A DNA stretch of 21,930 nt from an uncultured Candidatus Rokubacteria bacterium. GTDB taxonomy: Bacteria; Methylomirabilota; Methylomirabilia; Rokubacteriales; CSP1-6. The stretch's first letter is position 1; every line of letters starts with the position of its first letter. The position numbers and the translations under genes are program-made. Below are positions 17,744 through 21,930 of this stretch, one piece after another. The stretch is from the NCBI GenBank assembly GCA_963789955.1, contig CAWBMV010000028.1, forward strand, positions 1-21,930, given 5' to 3'. The notes under the pieces were generated by a model. It had not been told where the DNA came from and made no database searches. It saw nothing but the letters and a program-made list of their open reading frames with translations.

Positions 17744-19017
17744 TCAAAAGAACAAGTAGTAGAGGTCGAAGGAGATCGTGTCCTGGGTCTTCCCGGTCGG
17801 GACGTAGCCCGGCGCGCGGATCGAGAAGGTCTTCTGGTTCGCGCTGTCGTGCCGGTACTCGACTCGCCCGACCAGCCCCTTCCAGATCTTGTACTGCGCC
17901 GTCATCGTCACTTCCCACAGATCCAGCGTGTTGCCCGGCGGGCTCAGCTGCGTCCGCACGCCCTCGGCGTCCTTCATGTACTCCAGCCGCAGCGCCGTCC
18001 GCAGCTTCTCCGTCCAGTCGTACGCGGCGTACGCCGCCCACCCCCACCAGGAGGCGTTGTTGTCCCCCCGCGTGCCGGTGCTCACCAGATACGCCTCGTC
18101 GTACTCCCAGCCGTAGTCGACGTTCAGCCCGAGCGTGAGGTTCTTGAAACCCGTGTAGTTGACCACGAAGTCGAGCACCGTCCGCGGATCTGCGGTTGTT
18201 GTGGTTCTGCTCGGCGCCGGTGATCCAGTTGAAGTTCGCCGTGAGGTCCTTGATCGGCGTGAAGGCGAACTGCCCCGTGTACGACATCGTGCTGTTGTTG
18301 TCCTCGGCATCGTCCCAGCCGACGACCGTGCCGAAGGTGATCGAGAACCACGACAGCGGCTGGTAGGACAGCAAGGCTCCGACGTGGGTCAGCGGCGCCG
18401 AGAACGTGAACAGGTACGACCGCGAGAAGTTCAGGTCGTTCGGCGCCTCGATGACCTCGTAGCCGAGCAAGGTCACGAACTTCCCGGCCTTCAGGGTCAG
18501 GCCGCTCCCGATCGGGATCTGATACGACGCGTACGCCTCCTGCACGTCGAAGTTCGCCGTGTTCCGGAACGCGAACTGGTCGTCCCGGCCTCGGAACATG
18601 CCCGAGCGCGTGGTTCTTCTGGGAGTCGTTCGACGTCCCGGGAATCCCCGCCGTGAGCACCAGCCCGTACCCGAACGGGTAGCGCTCGGACGGGTCCTTC
18701 TTGATGCTGAACTCGCCCATGTTGAACGTGTAGCTGCCCTGGAAATCGTAGTAGCGCAGCTCGTTGTGGTTCCCCCGGCTCGCGCGCCCGGTGTTCCACA
18801 CCAAGCTGTTCTCGATGTAGCCGAACAGCGTGTTTTCGTCCCAGAACGTCTTGGGCTTTTCCTCCTCCTTCTTCTCCTCCGGCTTGGCCTCGCCCGCCGG
18901 CTTCGGCTCCGTTTGGGCCAGTGTGGGCATCTGGCCATACGCGGGCGCCCCGGCGGCCATGACCACGGCCGCCGCGAACAGCGCCCCGATGAATAGCACT
19001 CCGAGCCGTCGCGTCAT
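17744..19017 (-). CDS. Outer-membrane beta-barrel porin (BBP2/DUF1597-like; apparent frameshifts near 18600 and 18190)
   Basis: Signal peptide MTRRLGVLFIGALFAAAVVMAAGAPAYG. QEAYASY and GKFVTLLGYEVIEAPNDLNFSRSYLF are in the middle frame. The third frame has RVEYRHD and a C-terminal strand ending YYLFF. GAGGAGG RBS. Confidence 0.82.
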
Positions 19018-19138
19018 CCGATCCTCCTCGAGGTCCTGTGCGGTTGGCGCCGAAGTCCTTGAGGGCGGACTGATCGTATGAACAACGGCGTCATTGGCGT
19101 TCGTCCCAGGCGTTTCCGACGAATAGCGCTGGCGACCG

Positions 19139-19708
19139 CTACTTGCCGTCGAGCGCCAGGTTCAATTGGAGAACGTTCACCCGCGGCTCGCCGAGGAAGC
19201 CGAGCTGCCGCCCCTCGGTGTGTCGCTCGACCAGTTGGCGGACCACGTCCGGCTCGAGCTTGCGCGCCTTGGCGACGCGCCCCACCTGGTAGAGCGCCGC
19301 CGCCGGGCTGATGTGCGGATCGAGACCGCTGCCGGAAGCCGTGACCAGATCGACCGGGACGGGCGCGGTGTTGCCCGGATCGGCCGCCCGCAGGGCGTCC
19401 ACACGCCCCTTGACCGCTTCGATGAGCGCCGGATTCGTCGGGCCGAGGTTCGAGCCCGACGAGGCGCCCGCGTTGTAGCCGAACGGGCTCGTCGCCGACG
19501 GGCGACTCCAGAAGTACTTGGGATCGTCGAAGGGCTGGCCGATGAGCGCGGAGCCCACGGTCTTGCCGTCCTTGACGATCAGGCTGCCGTTCGCCTGGTA
19601 CGGGAACACGATTTGCGCGACGACCGTCACGAGCGCCGGATACGCGAGGCCCGTGACAGCCGACAGCAGGATCAGCGAGACGATCGCCGGACGAAGATGA
19701 GCAAGCAT
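19139..19708 (-). CDS. kdpC: K+-transporting ATPase subunit C
   Basis: [43 protein letters not shown] and [11 protein letters not shown]. Confidence 0.97.
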   Translation of the reverse strand: MLAHLRPAIVSLILLSAVTGLAYPALVTVVAQIVFPYQANGSLIVKDGKTVGSALIGQPFDDPKYFWSRPSATSPFGYNAGASSGSNLGPTNPALIEAVKGRVDALRAADPGNTAPVPVDLVTASGSGLDPHISPAAALYQVGRVAKARKLEPDVVRQLVERHTEGRQLGFLGEPRVNVLQLNLALDGK

Positions 19709-19720
19709 GTCATCGGCTCC

Positions 19721-21793
19721 TTACACCAGGTGCAGGGCCACCAGGATCATGTCGATGATCTTGATGCCCGGGAACGGGATGATGATGCCGCCGATGCCGT
19801 AGATCCAGACGTGGCGGCGCAGAACGGCGGCGGCGCCGATCGCCCGATAGCGGACGCCCTTCAGGGCGAGGGGGATCAGGCCGATGATGATGAGCGCGTT
19901 GAAGATGACGGCCGACAGGATCGCGCTCTCCGGCGTCGCCAGGTGCATGATGTTGAGCGCGGCGAGCGCCGGGTACGTCGTGGCGAAGGCCGCCGGAATG
20001 ATCGCGAAGTACTTGGCAACGTCGTTCGCGATGCTGAACGTCGTGAGCGCCCCGCGCGTCATCAGCATCTGCTTGCCGGTCTCCACGACCTCGAGCAGCT
20101 TCGTCGGGTTCGAGTCGAGGTCGACCATGTTGCCCGCTTCCTTGGCGGCCTGGGTGCCGGAGTTCATGGCGACCGCCACGTCGGCCTGAGCGAGCGCGGG
20201 CGCGTCGTTGGTGCCGTCGCCGGTCATGGCCACCAGACGCCCCTCGGCCTGGACGTCGCGGATGAGCTTGAGCTTCGCCTCGGGGGTCGCCTCGGCCAGG
20301 AAGTCGTCGATGCCGGCCTCGGCGGCGATGGCCGCCGCCGTCAGCGGGTTGTCGCCCGTGATCATCACCGTCTTGATGCCCATGCGCCGGAGCTCGCCGA
20401 ACCGCTCGCGGATCCCGCCCTTGACGATGTCCTTGAGCTGGATCGCGCCGAGCACCTTCGCGCCGTCGGCCACGACCAGCGGCGTGGCGCCCGCCTTCGC
20501 GATCGTATCGACCGCTGCGCGGACCTCCGTCGGTACGGCGCCGCCCATCTTCTTGACGTGGGCCTCGATCGCGTCGGCGGCACCCTTGCGGACCTCCCGG
20601 CCGTTGAGGTCGACGCCGCTCATCCGGGTCTGCGCGGTGAACGCCACGAAGGTCGCGTTGAGCTTCGCGACGTCCCGCTCGCGGATCCCGTACTTCTCCT
20701 TGGCCAGGACGACGATGCTGCGGCCCTCGGGGGTCTCGTCGGCGAGCGACGCGAGCTGGGCGGCGTCGGCGAGGTCGCGCTCGGCGACGCCCGGCGCGGG
20801 GAAGAACTGGGTCGCCTGCCGGTTGCCGAGCGTGATCGTGCCGGTCTTGTCGAGTAGGAGCACGTCCACGTCGCCGGCCGCCTCGACGGCCCGGCCCGAC
20901 ATGGCGATGACGTTCTTCTGGATCATGCGGTCCATGCCGGCGATGCCGATCGCCGAGAGCAGCGCGCCGATCGTGGTCGGGATCAGGCACACGAGCAGGG
21001 CCACCAGCACCGTCACGGTCACCGGCGTGCCCTGCCCAGCCGCCCCCACGCTGTAGAGCGAGAACGGCAGCAGGGTGGCGGTCGCCAGCAGGAAGATGAT
21101 CGTCATCGCCGCCAGCAGGATGTCGAGCGCGATCTCGTTCGGGGTCTTCTGGCGCTTGGCGCCCTCGACCAGCGCGATCATGCGGTCGAGGAAGGCCTCA
21201 CCCGGGTTCGCGGTCACCTCGACGACGAGCCAGTCGGAGAGCACCTGCGTGCCGCCGGTGACCGAGCTGCGGTCGCCGCCGCTCTCGCGGATGACCGGCG
21301 CGCTCTCGCCGGTGATCGCGCTCTCGTTGACCGACGCGACCCCCTCGACGACCGTCCCGTCCACCGGGACGAAGTCACCAGCCTCGACGAGAACGAAGTC
21401 GCCCTTCCGGAGGGTCGAGGCGGAGATGGTCTCGTACCGCGCCGTGCGGTCCGCCCTCGGCAGCCGCTTGGCCTGGAGCTCGCGGCGCGCCTTCCGGAGC
21501 GAGGCCGCCTGGGCCTTGCCGCGCCCCTCGGCCATCGCCTCGGCGAAGTTGGCGAAGAGCACCGTGAACCAGAGCCACACCGACACCCAGAAGATGAACC
21601 AGGCGGGCGCCTCGCCTTTGCCGACGAGAGCCTGGATGAAGAGAAGCGTCGTCAGGATGGAGCCCACGTACACGACGAACATCACGGGGTTCCGGACCTG
21701 ACGCCGTGGCGTCAGCTTGCGGAACGCGTCGACGATCGCCTGCTTGACGATCGACAGATCGAAGAGCGAACGAACTTTCGCAGTCGGAGCCAT
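19721..21793 (-). CDS. kdpB: K+-transporting ATPase subunit B (P-type ATPase)
   Basis: [24 protein letters not shown] phosphorylation site, [10 protein letters not shown] and ANDVAKYF. Confidence 0.98.
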   Translation of the reverse strand: MAPTAKVRSLFDLSIVKQAIVDAFRKLTPRRQVRNPVMFVVYVGSILTTLLFIQALVGKGEAPAWFIFWVSVWLWFTVLFANFAEAMAEGRGKAQAASLRKARRELQAKRLPRADRTARYETISASTLRKGDFVLVEAGDFVPVDGTVVEGVASVNESAITGESAPVIRESGGDRSSVTGGTQVLSDWLVVEVTANPGEAFLDRMIALVEGAKRQKTPNEIALDILLAAMTIIFLLATATLLPFSLYSVGAAGQGTPVTVTVLVALLVCLIPTTIGALLSAIGIAGMDRMIQKNVIAMSGRAVEAAGDVDVLLLDKTGTITLGNRQATQFFPAPGVAERDLADAAQLASLADETPEGRSIVVLAKEKYGIRERDVAKLNATFVAFTAQTRMSGVDLNGREVRKGAADAIEAHVKKMGGAVPTEVRAAVDTIAKAGATPLVVADGAKVLGAIQLKDIVKGGIRERFGELRRMGIKTVMITGDNPLTAAAIAAEAGIDDFLAEATPEAKLKLIRDVQAEGRLVAMTGDGTNDAPALAQADVAVAMNSGTQAAKEAGNMVDLDSNPTKLLEVVETGKQMLMTRGALTTFSIANDVAKYFAIIPAAFATTYPALAALNIMHLATPESAILSAVIFNALIIIGLIPLALKGVRYRAIGAAAVLRRHVWIYGIGGIIIPFPGIKIIDMILVALHLV

Positions 21794-21805
21794 AGCGTCA
21801 TTCCC

Positions 21806-21930
21806 TCACTTCGAGGCGACGAGGATCAAGTGCTCGACGATCGGCCCGAGCGCCAGCGCCGGCACAAACGTGAGCGCGCCGACCAGAAGCACCACGCCGA
21901 CAAGCAGCCCCACGAAAAGCGGGGTGTGCG
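21806..21930 (-). CDS. kdpA: K+-transporting ATPase subunit A (C-terminal fragment)
   Basis: Manual translation: [40 protein letters not shown], the typical KdpA C-terminus, immediately upstream of kdpB. Confidence 0.95.
   Translation of the reverse strand, partial: HTPLFVGLLVGVVLLVGALTFVPALALGPIVEHLILVASK

Noticed and set aside
19018..19138. A further hexamer box between kdpC and the porin
   Set aside because: ACGCC repeats and a TACGAT -10-like hexamer are present on the minus strand, but they lack the 11-bp period.
42..21701. Long antisense or alternate-frame ORFs (e.g. 42..893, 9193..10764, 11493..12947, 14726..15697, 19166..20857, 19710..20990)
   Set aside because: Arg/Ala/Gly-rich shadows of real genes in high-GC DNA, with no recognisable motifs.
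1..21930. CRISPR arrays, tRNA/rRNA genes, transposases or integrases
   Set aside because: No repeat-spacer periodicity, RNA-gene signatures or recombinase motifs seen.

Overview
High-GC bacterial DNA from a diderm organism (it encodes an outer-membrane porin). The gene style suggests Ca. Rokubacteria/Methylomirabilota, but that is a guess. The left half (1-9.2 kb) is mixed metabolism: a partial NRAMP-like transporter, an amidase, an MBL-fold hydrolase, an exported COG3904-like protein, a Zn-dependent dehydrogenase, an RHH-antitoxin/PIN-toxin pair, a ketopantoate reductase family protein, a PatB/MalY PLP enzyme and a DinB protein. The right half (9.2-21.9 kb) is a K+/Mg2+ homeostasis island: kdpA(3' end)-kdpB-kdpC, a BBP2-type porin, an orphan secF, a candidate 32-aa membrane peptide, a CBS-BON protein, a tandem USP, mgtE, a small CxC membrane protein, a KimA/YdaO-type K+ importer and a TMTC-like GT-C/TPR protein. 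The most notable non-coding signal is a ~49-bp box of four hexamers with 11/21/11 spacing. It occurs twice in full (12901-12949, 15786-15834) and once in part on the opposite strand (15702-15750), which suggests a KdpE-like regulon over the island. Many genes carry single-base indels that look like long-read sequencing errors rather than pseudogenisation.
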